From Tetramitus jugosus (lineage: Eukaryota; Protista; Heterolobosea), in NCBI GenBank assembly GCA_937625935.1, contig OW569359.1, positions 372,001 to 436,000 on the forward strand: DNA of 64,000 nt. The letters run 5' to 3'. The translations under genes and the position numbers were made by a program. Every line of letters begins with the position of its first letter. Position 1 is the stretch's first letter. Positions 22,532-33,055 of this stretch are shown in pieces. The notes under the pieces were generated by a model. The model was not told the origin of the DNA, searched no databases, and saw only the letters and a program-made list of their open reading frames with translations.

Positions 22532-22873
22532 TTATGGTTCAACGGACACCAAGTACGTATCTCCGCCGTCTACAGAAACGGCCTCTACAAGAAACTCCAT
22601 GGCCAAATCGCCATCCTGGTCCACAAACCAAGGTCCATTTCCGTTCAGTACCAAAAAATCGGTCGGTAATGGTCCAACTACGGACCTTATTCGCAAATTC
22701 GGATAGAGATCCCGTACAGCAAGCCATTGCGTGTTCCTTTTGTTCCAACCACGTCTGTTGTTGGTGGACAAGGTTTGGTAATACAGTTGTTCATCGTCGT
22801 CATGATTGGCAGCTGCCTTTGTTGGATGGAGATGGTTCACCAGTGTCCGTACACGCCGAAAAGTGTTGCTCAT
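22532..22873 (-). CDS. Small hypothetical protein with PTS2-like N-terminus
   Basis: ATG 22873, MSNTFRRVRTLVNHL. Confidence 0.45.
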   Translation of the reverse strand: MSNTFRRVRTLVNHLHPTKAAANHDDDEQLYYQTLSTNNRRGWNKRNTQWLAVRDLYPNLRIRSVVGPLPTDFLVLNGNGPWFVDQDGDLAMEFLVEAVSVDGGDTYLVSVEP

Positions 22874-23262
22874 GAGCAGTGTTGGATGCGTCAACAAGGA
22901 AAATGGAGAAAATGATTGGGTTATAGATGGGTGAAGGTGCGTTTGCTGCTTCTGATGACGATACATGGACACGGCCGTGTTTGCAAACGAGAGCTTGTGT
23001 GAAAATGGATGGTTGCCCCAACTTTCCAGTTCCAATATATCAAATGATAGCAGCAATGGAGCTTGATTGTCTTTTGTTGGCAAAAAATCTGCATGACCAC
23101 GCCCGATCGCGTGGAAATCCTTTTTCCCGCGGAGCAATTTACAACAATCTGCTATTTTCCTGTTCAAAGAGAGATCTCTCTTGGCTGATCAATGATCGTA
23201 AAACCAACCAGCGGAAAACCCAAAAAGCGAAGCAACAACACCATCAACATACCATTAAAGAC

Positions 23263-23841
23263 ATGTCTCACCAAGGAGCAGATCTACATGACGTCTGGCC
23301 ACACTACACTGGTCCTTCTCACGACACAAAGCTCATCATCGAGTACAATCAATCTGGTACATTTGGTCACAACTTTGATCCATTGACTCCAACTCAGGTC
23401 GCTCACAAGCCAATGATACACATCAAGACGAACTCTGATAAAAAGTTTTTGACTGTTGTCCTGGTTGACCCTGATGCACCATCCAGAAAGAACCCTATTC
23501 GTCGTGAATGGTTGCACTACATTTGTGCCAACATTCCAAACAGCGGTGGTGATAGTGTGATGAGTCAAACGGGTGAAGACCTTGTGGGCTATGTCGGTGC
23601 AGGACCACCACAAGATTCCGGTTTGCACAGATACATTTTCCTCGTGTTTGCTCACGACAATCACTTGACTCTGCATTCTCCAGATGAGAAAATGCCAAGT
23701 TCTCGTGCCACGGGAAGACCAAACTTTTCTGTTCACAAGTTTGCTCAGAGATATCACTTGGGTGAACCGTTGGCCATTGATGGATTCCAGGCAGAGTACG
23801 ATGACTATGTGCCAACCTTGTACAAGACATTGACCCACTAA
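23263..23841 (+). CDS. PEBP/RKIP-family protein, copy 1
   Basis: VDPDAPSR, REWLH, YVGAGPPQDSGLHRYIF. Confidence 0.95.
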   Translation: MSHQGADLHDVWPHYTGPSHDTKLIIEYNQSGTFGHNFDPLTPTQVAHKPMIHIKTNSDKKFLTVVLVDPDAPSRKNPIRREWLHYICANIPNSGGDSVMSQTGEDLVGYVGAGPPQDSGLHRYIFLVFAHDNHLTLHSPDEKMPSSRATGRPNFSVHKFAQRYHLGEPLAIDGFQAEYDDYVPTLYKTLTH

Positions 23842-23943
23842 ATAAAGCACAATAAGTTGTGTGATCTTATTAATTTGGTTGTTCGAATGATTGTTGAAAG
23901 ATACTGCACAATCTGGTTTAAACTAATCTTTTTAGTTCTTTTA

Positions 23944-24397
23944 CTAAAGTGGAAACTCTGCTCTTCGTCTACTCTCTTGCATCAATGCTATTTGCTTGAG
24001 ACGATGAAACTTGTTGATAAAGCCCCCAACGACTCCAATGGCGATCATTACTGCCATCATGGCGAAGAAGCCAAGAATTACACCCAGTGCAATCATACCT
24101 TGCTTTCTTTGGTTGTTCGTTTCACATTGTTTGCCCTTGTATCTCAACTGACAATAGCAAGAATCGGGCGAGCTACAAGAACCATGACCTGAGCACACCT
24201 TAGGATCGGTATTACTCAAGCCGAAGCATTGGAAGCGCTCACACATGGTTCCATTGTACTTGTTTTTGCAGATGCAAGTGTCTGGTGCAACACATTGACC
24301 AACACCAGAGCAAACTCGTCTTGTTTCATCACTTCTTGTATTGAAGCACAATGCTAAATCGCAAACGTCACCGTCGTATCCCGTTTTACAAGAGCAT
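23944..24397 (-). pseudogene. 5'-truncated duplicate of the RCC1-EGF gene (EGF repeats and TM only)
   Basis: Near-identical to the C-terminal ~150 aa of the ORF at 41402-43282; identity stops at 24397. Confidence 0.92.
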
Positions 24398-26470
24398 TCC
24401 ATACTCCTGATTGTGTTGTTGTATCTAGTAGATGCGAAGTAGTTCCTCTTAAGCTTCTAATCTGAGAATCTACCATGTACTTGATTACCCAGTCACTGTA
24501 TAAAGTACATCTTGTATTGTCATCCACGATTATTCTTGCAATGTAGTCAAAATATTGTTTTGATCTACAATTGATCTCTACAGAGCTTCCTGATTGATCA
24601 TATACATCAGTCAAATAGTCGTCTCCTCCATTGTTTTCTTCTCCTGGAACAGAATCATAGGTATAAATGATGCGTTGATTTGCACAATTGCCACAGCAGA
24701 TTCTGAGGGAATTGATTGTCATCTTGTACATATCACATTGACTTGTAGTTAATCCATTCAATCTCAGTGCTCCATACTCTTGTGCCTTGAACGTATACAG
24801 ATGCAGGAATCTGTAATTGTTTCTCTTGGTAAAGTATTAATGATGAAGTAGGTACTTTGTCAACGAATACGTCTGTTGGACCTGCATTATAACAAATAGA
24901 AATATCTGTGACCACAGCAATCTTTGTTTGATCAATAGAATTTGGTCCAACTACATTAATTGTAAATGTATTTGCATCTCTTCTCTGAAGACAGTTATCC
25001 TGTGCCAAGTCTGATAATAGAGCGAATGTCTGACAACACTTAGTTGTATATACGCTAGAGCAATTAGGTTCAAAATATCCTAGAGTCAAAGTAGTATGGA
25101 CATCATCACTATTGATCAAACCAGATGAGTTGAATGCTAACCATTCATGTGGCTTACCACTGGATGGATAGTTTACACATATCTGGATAAGAGTCTCGAT
25201 CTTTTCAATAGTTTCGTCAAATCTAGTAGTCAAATGATTCACAGTATATCCCAGATTGCCAGGATTGAAAGCAACACTACTCGTACCGTATGAAAGCGAA
25301 GTAATTCCAAAAGTACAACTGTCCTTATATACTATTGAAGGATCAGAGAAAGTAATATTTCTAGCTTTTGCCCATGTATCTAATGATGCATTGTATTCAT
25401 CTGATAAACGTCTGTTATATATATCTATCACGGCTGTAGTTCCTATTTTCTGTGCTGACACTATCTGGGCACCGAAGCATTCAACCAAGTCATTCACAGT
25501 CACTCTTAGCTTGTATATAGCCATCTTTGTTACCTGAGAGTATTGACTATCTTCTGTGGTAGTATATGTAATCAATCCATTGAGATATTGAGACTTTGCA
25601 CCTGCTATACAAGTGACGTTTTCAATTATTCCTGTAAGACCCGGTAGATAAGCTGCTTTTGCAGTTATCTCTAAGATAGCAACTCCTTTGGTCTTCTCTT
25701 GTGGTGTAAGCTCGGAGTCTGGTAAAGTTCTTGAACTACAATCAACGTATTGTTGTATTTCTAACCCTTGTGTTGGTAATGGATCTGGACAGGTAGATCC
25801 ATCTCCGTTACATACTCCACATCTACAACTACAAGATTGTTTTTCAAAACCAGATCAGTCACTGGTGCATACTTGTTGTATATCGTATCATTTGCCAATA
25901 GATCAAGTACCTTTGTTTGATAATGTAACAGGGAAAAGTTATCAGCCATTAGAGTCTTTGTACAGACAGTAGACGGTCCGTTACAAATACCACATGCATC
26001 ATATGACGCACATTCCTCACATTTAGTACCTGCATATCCAGTAGAACATGTACAGAGATCAGTACCTGTACATTTACCTCTACCTGTACAAACTGTATTG
26101 TTTGTTGACTTGATTCCAAAACATGTATTTTCCACACAGCTAACTCTAACAATTGCTGGATATTGAACTTCTTTACCAGCATTATCGATAATGTTATAGG
26201 CAAGATTAAAAACTCCAACTGTGTTACACCTATATGCAATTTTCATCCCACCAGATGTAACTGTTGCAGTGTTAATAGATGAACTTTGACTGACAATGAA
26301 TAAATGATCGATTGGAGTAGATCCGTCTATGTCGTTTGAAAGCACGTCAATTTCAAGGACATTGTTATGCTTGATGGTTGCACTCTCATCTACTAAAAAT
26401 TTATGTGGTGAGAACTGAGCAAAAATAAACTCAGAAGTAAAATCAGGAATAAGGCAACTAATGTCTTCAT
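24398..26470 (-). pseudogene. Frameshifted, 3'-truncated secreted Cys-rich protein (Ig/Big_9-like, EGF and CGxCNG motifs)
   Basis: ATG 26470 signal peptide MKTLVALFLILL; IDVLSNDIDG; CFG...CTGRGKC EGF; DACGICNG; split over ORFs 25761-26345, 24733-25575 and 24354-24761. Confidence 0.75.
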
Positions 26471-26554
26471 TTGTTTATGACGATTCGATGTGTGTCAGTA
26501 GTTTGCAATCATAGATTTTTCAAATACATATACAATGTAGAAATTCAATTGTAA

Positions 26555-26975
26555 ATGTGGTCCAGATTTATTATCCTTTTAGCCTTGTTTTTGGTATTGA
26601 GCTCCGCTTTAGCCCAATTTAATGACCACTATGATTATGTAGTGGATGACAGTTTGACACCACCAGACACTTCCTGTATATATGACATGTGTGGTGTTTG
26701 TAATGGAGATAATTCTACTTGTGGAGAAACAGATCAAGTACCATTTGATAACTCTTTAATTCAACATGTTTATTGTTCAATAGATGAAACTGGATTAGAT
26801 GAATATACTATGCTAGTATCGGCTTCGTACAGAAATGGTTACAACAATCAACTTATTCCTTGGTGTAACGACGAAACTATTATCCATAGAAGCACTGTAT
26901 CTTCAGAAATAGTTGGTGCAAGAGAAATATATAGATTAACAATGAGTATTGACGATATACGAAACTGTTCTGGTA
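26555..26975 (+). pseudogene. Truncated secreted Cys-rich protein, paralog of the divergent neighbour
   Basis: Signal peptide, DMCGVCNGDNSTC; IYRLTMSIDDIRNCSG aligns with IYKLRVTVNDLVECFG; interrupted where the Harbinger-like element begins. Confidence 0.7.
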
Positions 26976-27222
26976 GGTTGACACCATTACAACGAACACC
27001 GGAGCGGACCGCTCGGATACTTTGAGACATAGGAGCAGACCAATTATACTCTGCGGTCATCACGATTTGACACAATGTGGACCCTCGCCCAAGATTTGCT
27101 CAAGCACATCCGGTCACTAGCTTTTATTCTGGAAAATTTTGCGTCAAAATTTTGGCACGCTTCAGTTTCCAACTCGTTGAAGACTGTTGTGTGACTCTTA
27201 TTCGCTCCAATAAATTGAACCT

Positions 27223-28212
27223 TCAAATATGAAAATGAGTGTTTATTCTTGTTGTGGTTGAGGTCCCAAGTGAGCTAGCAGTCGATCCACGGATTCCTTG
27301 ATAGTGGCAACATCTCTTGGTGTCGATAAAGGCCTGCTCCACCCTGGACAAACGCAATCCAACCTCATCCTCCGGACTAGTCCCTCCACCAAGAATTTTC
27401 ATACATGACGCCATTATCATCGTCTTCATCTCCTCCATTCTGTCTCTCCCCTCTTCTTGCGTCTAATTTTCGTCAGTTGAGAAATTTTCTCTGCTCGTTT
27501 CTCCGCGATCGCTTCGTCAGTTTCGCATTTGGGTATTAGATTTCTCCTTTTGCGCGAACTCGATGAAATCTTCGGCGGATCTGATTGCGGCGCTATCAGT
27601 TGCAGATGACAAATGATCCGCTTCTCCGTCGTCTAACAATTGTTCCACCTCATTGAGCGGTCGAACCATGTCAGATTCCACATCTTCGTCATCATCAGAT
27701 ATATCTTCGTCTATATTGGCTATAATTGCCGATCTCTTCTTTGTTCCAACTCTGTTTCCTTTCTTCTCATTTCGGGTGGTGTTCTTAGAGTAGATGTGCG
27801 TTTGGATCTTGGTTCGGATTGCATCATCGCTAACTATCTTCTTAGTTTTTTCCTCCATTGCTTTCTTGATTTGGGACATGACATCCTTCACCCGACTTTC
27901 CCTAAATAATGAGTCCATTTTCATATCACACATCACATATGCGGAACATAGAATTCGCGACCATTTTTGATTGATTCGTACGACGGCCTGTCGAGGTTTG
28001 ACAGGAGATTTTGAGGCACTCACGGTCTCCAACTGATCATCATCAGATGGGAAGCCCAAGACGTCGTCGAGGATCTGTGATCCAGTTGATTGACTTTGTA
28101 GTGTCGAGAGTGATGGTTGTGTAGGTGGTGATGATGGTAATGATGGAGTCGTGGCAGTTGAAGCGCTCGAATGAACACTCATAAGAGCAGCAGTGATATC
28201 TGTTGTGAACAT
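27223..28212 (-). pseudogene. Harbinger accessory Myb/SANT-like protein, 3' part frameshifted
   Basis: W...VMSQIKKAM...SDDAIRTKI helical motif followed by acidic and coiled tail; divergent from the transposase. Confidence 0.5.
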
Positions 28213-28315
28213 TGTTTGTGTTTTTTTTGCGTTGGTCAACTAAAACATTCAACAAACAAAATGAAACTGACAAAACAACAGGAGGCTTGTCTTGTGTTAT
28301 TGATACTCACATGTT

Positions 28316-29263
28316 TTGATGAAGAGAAGATTGAGTATGGTCAATCTATACAGACGTGCTTTGCACATCAACCAAGGGCTTGTCCGTGGTGTAATCAAAG
28401 AAAAACAACGACAAATGTACAACGGAACTGATGTGTACAGGAAGTGGACGATGGGTTCAGATCGCCAATTCAAGCAATTGCTGCATCTCAGCAAAAATGA
28501 GTTTGATACGATCGTGAGTGCTTTGAGAGAGTATGAACTCAGTATGGAATGTAAGTCTCTCTGCTTGACATTCGAGAATCAAATACTACTAATTCTATAT
28601 TGGATAGTGCAGTACCCCAGGTATTCAATACTTTCTTCAGAATTTGGTGTCTCCGAATGTGTTGTATCGAGATATATTAATGCAACGATTCCTTATTTGG
28701 TCAAATACTTTGTTCAATTTATACCCAACAAGCGAGTGAGCGATCATTGCTCCTCAATAAGTGAAAGAGTCATATTTGTTGTTGACGGAACAGCGCATAT
28801 GATCCAGAAGCCCACCTCTGGTCAGCATCGATGGTATAGGAAGGACAAAAACGGTCACTGGATTCAAACGTTACTACTCGTAGATTTTGAGAGCAACATT
28901 GTAGCATTCAGCACAAATTTTCCATATCGTCTCTCTGATTCGGCATGTGCAAGACACTGCAATCTTTTCAGTCGAATTTGCAATGAAGATGGTCAGTGTT
29001 TTGCGTTGGGTGATCCTGGTTTTCAAAATGTGGACTACGTTGTGGCTGGACTCAAGGCCAATATGGTTCGTGGTGATGGTTGTCGAGAGTTCTTGAGAGT
29101 AACAAGAAGAGAACAGATTGTGGTGGAACATGTTAATAGCTTTATTAAGACATGTAGGTCGTTGAACAATGAATTCAGGCACAATCACGATCTTCTCACT
29201 GGTTGTGTGTTTGTTGCTTGTGGTCTGTACATGTGGAAAAAAAAGTTGGGTCATTACACCTGA
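28316..29263 (+). CDS. PIF/Harbinger DDE transposase (DDE_Tnp_4-type); true start possibly 28261 via frameshift
   Basis: HTH ILLILYWIVQYPRYSILSSEFGVS; catalytic VVDGT, LGDPGF, VVEHVN. Confidence 0.9.
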   Translation: MMKRRLSMVNLYRRALHINQGLVRGVIKEKQRQMYNGTDVYRKWTMGSDRQFKQLLHLSKNEFDTIVSALREYELSMECKSLCLTFENQILLILYWIVQYPRYSILSSEFGVSECVVSRYINATIPYLVKYFVQFIPNKRVSDHCSSISERVIFVVDGTAHMIQKPTSGQHRWYRKDKNGHWIQTLLLVDFESNIVAFSTNFPYRLSDSACARHCNLFSRICNEDGQCFALGDPGFQNVDYVVAGLKANMVRGDGCREFLRVTRREQIVVEHVNSFIKTCRSLNNEFRHNHDLLTGCVFVACGLYMWKKKLGHYT

Positions 29264-29835
29264 CTTGTTGGTGGGCTGTACTTCTAGACGCTGGATGATT
29301 GAATGGGCATTTGTATATCGGCTGTGCTGGATCTCCAAGTAAGTGCAAGGGTCGATATTTAAGCCGTGCCAGAGCCCGCTCCTACGGTCACTCACTAGTT
29401 CCAGCACAGCACAGTCGAGACATTTGCAACATTCAATCATATTGGTCGAGAGAAAGTTCTCACCACTGTGGCTACTTTCTCGCTGCAGCCCAAACCAGTT
29501 TTATCACAATAAAAAAAAAATACAATGTGGTTTGTTGGAACCTTCAAAAATTCCTTCCGAATAAGATGCACTTTTTACCACCCTTTGAAGAGACTCCAAC
29601 TGCAAACACCACAACCTAAACGCTCACAAATTATCGAATAAAAGCCCTACTCACAGTTCCTGGTTCGGTCAAACTTTCCCCCCAAGCTGAACGGTCAGTG
29701 ACCGGTGTTCATTGAACGGCGAGTGAACGAAAAATGAGCGGAGGTCAAGAAATAGGTCCAATGACCCGAGCAAGAGCATGAACGGAATATTATTTCATTT
29801 ATTTTTCCGTAATTTCTACTGAACGCAAGAAAAAA

Positions 29836-30787
29836 ATGAACTTTTATCAACGTGTAACCGCTTTAATAGAGGAAATCATCCTTTACGTAGATGGGGTAAA
29901 AAACGTCTATTCAGCTACTGTTAATACAAAAGTATGATGGAGGAGGATACGATGATTACAGCGATGTGATGAACGATTTGGGTTCACGACAAAGAACGCT
30001 GAAGAACTACATTGATAATCATGAAAGGATTACCAATGATTACATGGAGAAAGTCAAGGAGCGTATTAAAACCTGTCTTGCCGACATTAGTCAATCCGAG
30101 CACTTGAAAGCAAAGAATGATGAATACGGATTAAGACCATCCACTGTATTTGAATGTTTAGTTGCCGCTTTATTGAAAGCTACTCATGTAGGAGGATCTG
30201 GTGATGGTGGTATTGATGGTAAAGGTGAAACCTTTATTATCCAATGTAAGGCAGGCAGGTCACAGGTAAAAAATGCTGCCAGTAACTACAGAGATACAAT
30301 CGCTGCTGGTATTATTCATGGTGTTAGTTGTGCATATTTAGTGGGAACATGGAAATTAGATGAATTTCCTTCTCAAAATGCTGTGCTAACCAAACTTCGT
30401 AACAATCATGCGGGTTACGAGCCAATTTCCAATTTTGAAGTAATTGTGATGGGCATTGAAGGAGTAACACGTGACATTGAGCAATTAGATGACTATAAGG
30501 AGTCACTAGAGTTTTTGTATCGATTTCTTAGTAGCCTCGACCACTTCGACCAGAAGGAGGAACTACTCGAAGCAATGAAGATGTTGATCGATTTTGATTA
30601 CACTGTTATGGAAGAAGGATACGCAAAGGTGCTGACAGCTATAAACACAAGCGATCAACAATGGGAACAAGATAAACAGGATGACCCTTCTCAGGCTGAA
30701 CTAGAAGCTTATTATCCCTCTGACTCAGAAGACGAAAGTGCCGACACATCTGATTCAGTAGATGAAAGTGATGAAATTGCGGAGTAG
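29836..30787 (+). CDS. PD-(D/E)xK restriction-endonuclease-fold protein (Mrr-like); one extra A in the A6 run near 29900
   Basis: FECLVAALL...GGSGDGGIDG...IIQCK; upstream ATG 29836 joins the 273-aa ORF if one A is removed; acidic tail. Confidence 0.75.
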
Positions 30788-30797
30788 GACACAATTT

Positions 30798-31005
30798 TTA
30801 CAGAACACATTTGTCTCCATCACAGTAAAGCTCTGGTAATGGATCAATACCTTTTCTAACAACATTGCTGATTGGACTCTCTTCTCCAGACAATGGAGCA
30901 TTAACAAGTGCAATCATTTGGTTGTATGTATCCTCTTCAATCTCTTCGTATGGTGCTTGCTTGTAAATCTTATTGTAGTTTATAGTCTGGGCAGAAACTA
31001 ATTCC
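30798..31005 (-). pseudogene. Isolated C-terminal fragment of a class II ribonucleotide reductase
   Basis: GISF..NYNKIYKQAPYEEI...LYCDGDKCVL, homologous to 36799-37005. Confidence 0.9.
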
Positions 31006-31223
31006 AGAATCAATGCATACCGGTGTTGCCCCCACTAATAAACTGACTGTACATGTTTCAGGTGATCATTATTGCTGCTTTGTTGGTTCATGGCAAGAAG
31101 AAGCTCAAATTGAATAGTCCAACACACATACAAGTATAAGTACACTTCCCTTTACAATCTTGTAACAACGGAAATAATTCCCCTTCTTTACAAAATCTAT
31201 TTTTATATTTCAAAAACTCACAC

Positions 31224-31868
31224 ATGCATTCATTTTCTTCTCTTGAGACTCTCTCCCCCAATAATGATTTGATTAATCATTTCAAGCAGATCTTCAAAGA
31301 TTACGAAGCTTTTGTCATTGATACCAACGTACTCATCAAACTCGTGCTAAATGAAGACCTCCACGAAGCAGCAAAAGCTGCTTGGCTAGCACTTATTGAA
31401 ATGGACAAGAGAATTTGTGCTCCTGCTGTGATAATGATTGAATTCAAGAGTGTTTTGCTCAAAAGGTTGAAGAAGAGAAATACAATCGACAAAACAACCT
31501 ACGACAGCGCTGTTGCCTATGGAGATAAGCTGTTTCCTAAATTACAGTTGTACCAAATGACCAGTGAATTCGTTGGTACATACTCGTTATTTGACGATGT
31601 AGTGACTAAATCGAGTGTCCCCTTAACAGCAGCTGATGCCTTCTTCGTGACTCTTTGTTGTTTGATAGAAGAAGAACAAGAAGAAGAAGAAGAAGGGGAT
31701 GATAGAGATGTGGTGAAGACAATGAAGACAATGCTTCTGACTTATGACAAAGAAATGAAAGATACTGCGGGTGTGTTTTCTTTGGAATACCACAGTCCAG
31801 CACCAAAGAAGACACAAAAGAAGAAACAGAAAAAATGGTTTGGCAAGAAATATAAGCACAGCAAATAA
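31224..31868 (+). CDS. PIN-domain (VapC-like) ribonuclease with Lys-rich tail
   Basis: FVIDTNVLI, APAVIMIEF, LTAADAFFV, LLTYD: the four acidic PIN motifs. Confidence 0.85.
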   Translation: MHSFSSLETLSPNNDLINHFKQIFKDYEAFVIDTNVLIKLVLNEDLHEAAKAAWLALIEMDKRICAPAVIMIEFKSVLLKRLKKRNTIDKTTYDSAVAYGDKLFPKLQLYQMTSEFVGTYSLFDDVVTKSSVPLTAADAFFVTLCCLIEEEQEEEEEGDDRDVVKTMKTMLLTYDKEMKDTAGVFSLEYHSPAPKKTQKKKQKKWFGKKYKHSK

Positions 31869-31874
31869 AATAAA

Positions 31875-32288
31875 TTATTGGTTTATTCTTCGTAATGATC
31901 CCGGACGAAAGTGCTTGGTTACATCCTTGTATGTAAGATTGGAAGTGTCTGTACTATCCTCTGTTTCCCTTGTAGCTAGTTCTACGCGTTTCAATATTCT
32001 TCCTTTGTTTTTGAAGTGTTTCGTAACATCTTTGTAGGTTAACTTGTTGTCATCATTTGTAACTTGAGGAGGGTTGCCTTTGTAGGTTAACTTGTTGTCA
32101 TTTGTAGCTTGAGGAGGGTTTTTGGAGAAGAATTCTATGAGGAAGAACCATATAGTAAAAAAACTGAGTCCCAATATTTTGAAGTAGTTAGTGTCCTTCT
32201 CTTCCTGAATAGTTGTGGTAGTGTGTTGTTGTGTCTTTTGCTTCTTACTGGGTTTTTGTTTTTGTTCATTAACAAGAAAGCGTGCCAT
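31875..32288 (-). CDS. Small hypothetical TM protein with internal repeats
   Basis: One hydrophobic segment; NKLTYK and LTYKDVTKHF repeats. Confidence 0.5.
   Translation of the reverse strand: MARFLVNEQKQKPSKKQKTQQHTTTTIQEEKDTNYFKILGLSFFTIWFFLIEFFSKNPPQATNDNKLTYKGNPPQVTNDDNKLTYKDVTKHFKNKGRILKRVELATRETEDSTDTSNLTYKDVTKHFRPGSLRRINQ
32030..32120. repeat. Two-copy tandem repeat, unit ~45-48 bp
   Basis: CTTTGTAGGTTAACTTGTTGTCA..TTTGTA.CTTGAGGAGGGTT occurs twice. Confidence 0.9.
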
Positions 32289-32583
32289 AGTGTCTGTGTG
32301 GGAACGCTGTTTTTTTTGTTGGTTGCTTGCGATTTGTTGACTAAAAATAGTGTGAATTTCTTGAGGATTCGAAAATGTTGGCGGTTTGGAACATGCCCGT
32401 GGTTTATATTGAGATACACTATTTTGCCATCACAGTAAAGTCACTACAACATAGGGGCAGCGAAAATGAAGCCGATTCACACTTCCGCGGCGGATATTTG
32501 AGAAAAATAGACCACAAAAATGAGGATAAGAGTCGAATACAACACAAGCACAGAGGTCTAACCAAGAAAATAAAAAAACTACA

Positions 32584-32967
32584 ATGCAGAGACCTACACC
32601 ACTGACGAATGAGAGGGATCAGTTGTTTCGCAAGAGTTACGAGGTCAATCGAGCAATGGAATTTCTCACGAATACAAGACAGATCCTATTCAATAGACTT
32701 CAGCCAAATGTACTCCAATATGGAAGAAACATGGTACTGGGTTCTTGTCCCATGAGGATTTTGGAACAAATTGTACAACACCAAGGCCACTTTAAAGAAA
32801 GAACATCTCATAGGAGGGCTATTTCCAATGGTATCAAAAGAAAAGTTATGTTCAAACATTACATTTTCGATAGTAAAATGCCTGACTTGGGTGGTGTTTG
32901 GAAGCACAGATATTTTACAAGAGGAAAACTCTTTTTAGATGCTTTTACACAAGAATTGCCATCATGA
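32584..32967 (+). CDS. Hypothetical 127-aa protein inside the RAG1-like element, convergent with the transposase
   Basis: ORF only; no recognised motif. Confidence 0.35.
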   Translation: MQRPTPLTNERDQLFRKSYEVNRAMEFLTNTRQILFNRLQPNVLQYGRNMVLGSCPMRILEQIVQHQGHFKERTSHRRAISNGIKRKVMFKHYIFDSKMPDLGGVWKHRYFTRGKLFLDAFTQELPS

Positions 32968-33055
32968 TAAACAGTGAGGACAATAGGGTATTCTGTAATT
33001 GGACTCAGAGAACTCAATTTCTGGACAGTGGCATGAGATGGTGGGGCTTGTAACA

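Larger units (their letters stand above)
23132..24397 (+). repeat. Direct repeat copy 1 (~1.27 kb of host DNA)
   Basis: Starts GAGCAATTTACAACAAT and ends TACAAGAGCAT; matches 40588-41855. Confidence 0.97.
26983..29721. mobile_element. PIF/Harbinger (IS5-like) DNA transposon, ends approximate
   Basis: Transposase plus divergent Myb-like ORF; imperfect inverted repeats around GAACACCGG (~26983-27016) and CCGGTGTTC (~29687-29721); no TSD found. Confidence 0.7.

Noticed and set aside
22927-23262. N-terminal extension of PEBP copy 1 in the 304-aa ORF
   Set aside because: Not conserved in copy 2 (indels and a stop); the real start is likely ATG 23263.
23944-24761. In-frame chimera of the foreign ectodomain with the host EGF-TM tail
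   Set aside because: The two frames are out of register at the junction in the present sequence.
32431-32520. CACAGTA heptamer-like word and ACAAAAA nonamer-like words near the RAG1-like element ends
   Set aside because: Spacing is not 12 or 23 bp and such words are common in AT-rich DNA; not called an RSS.
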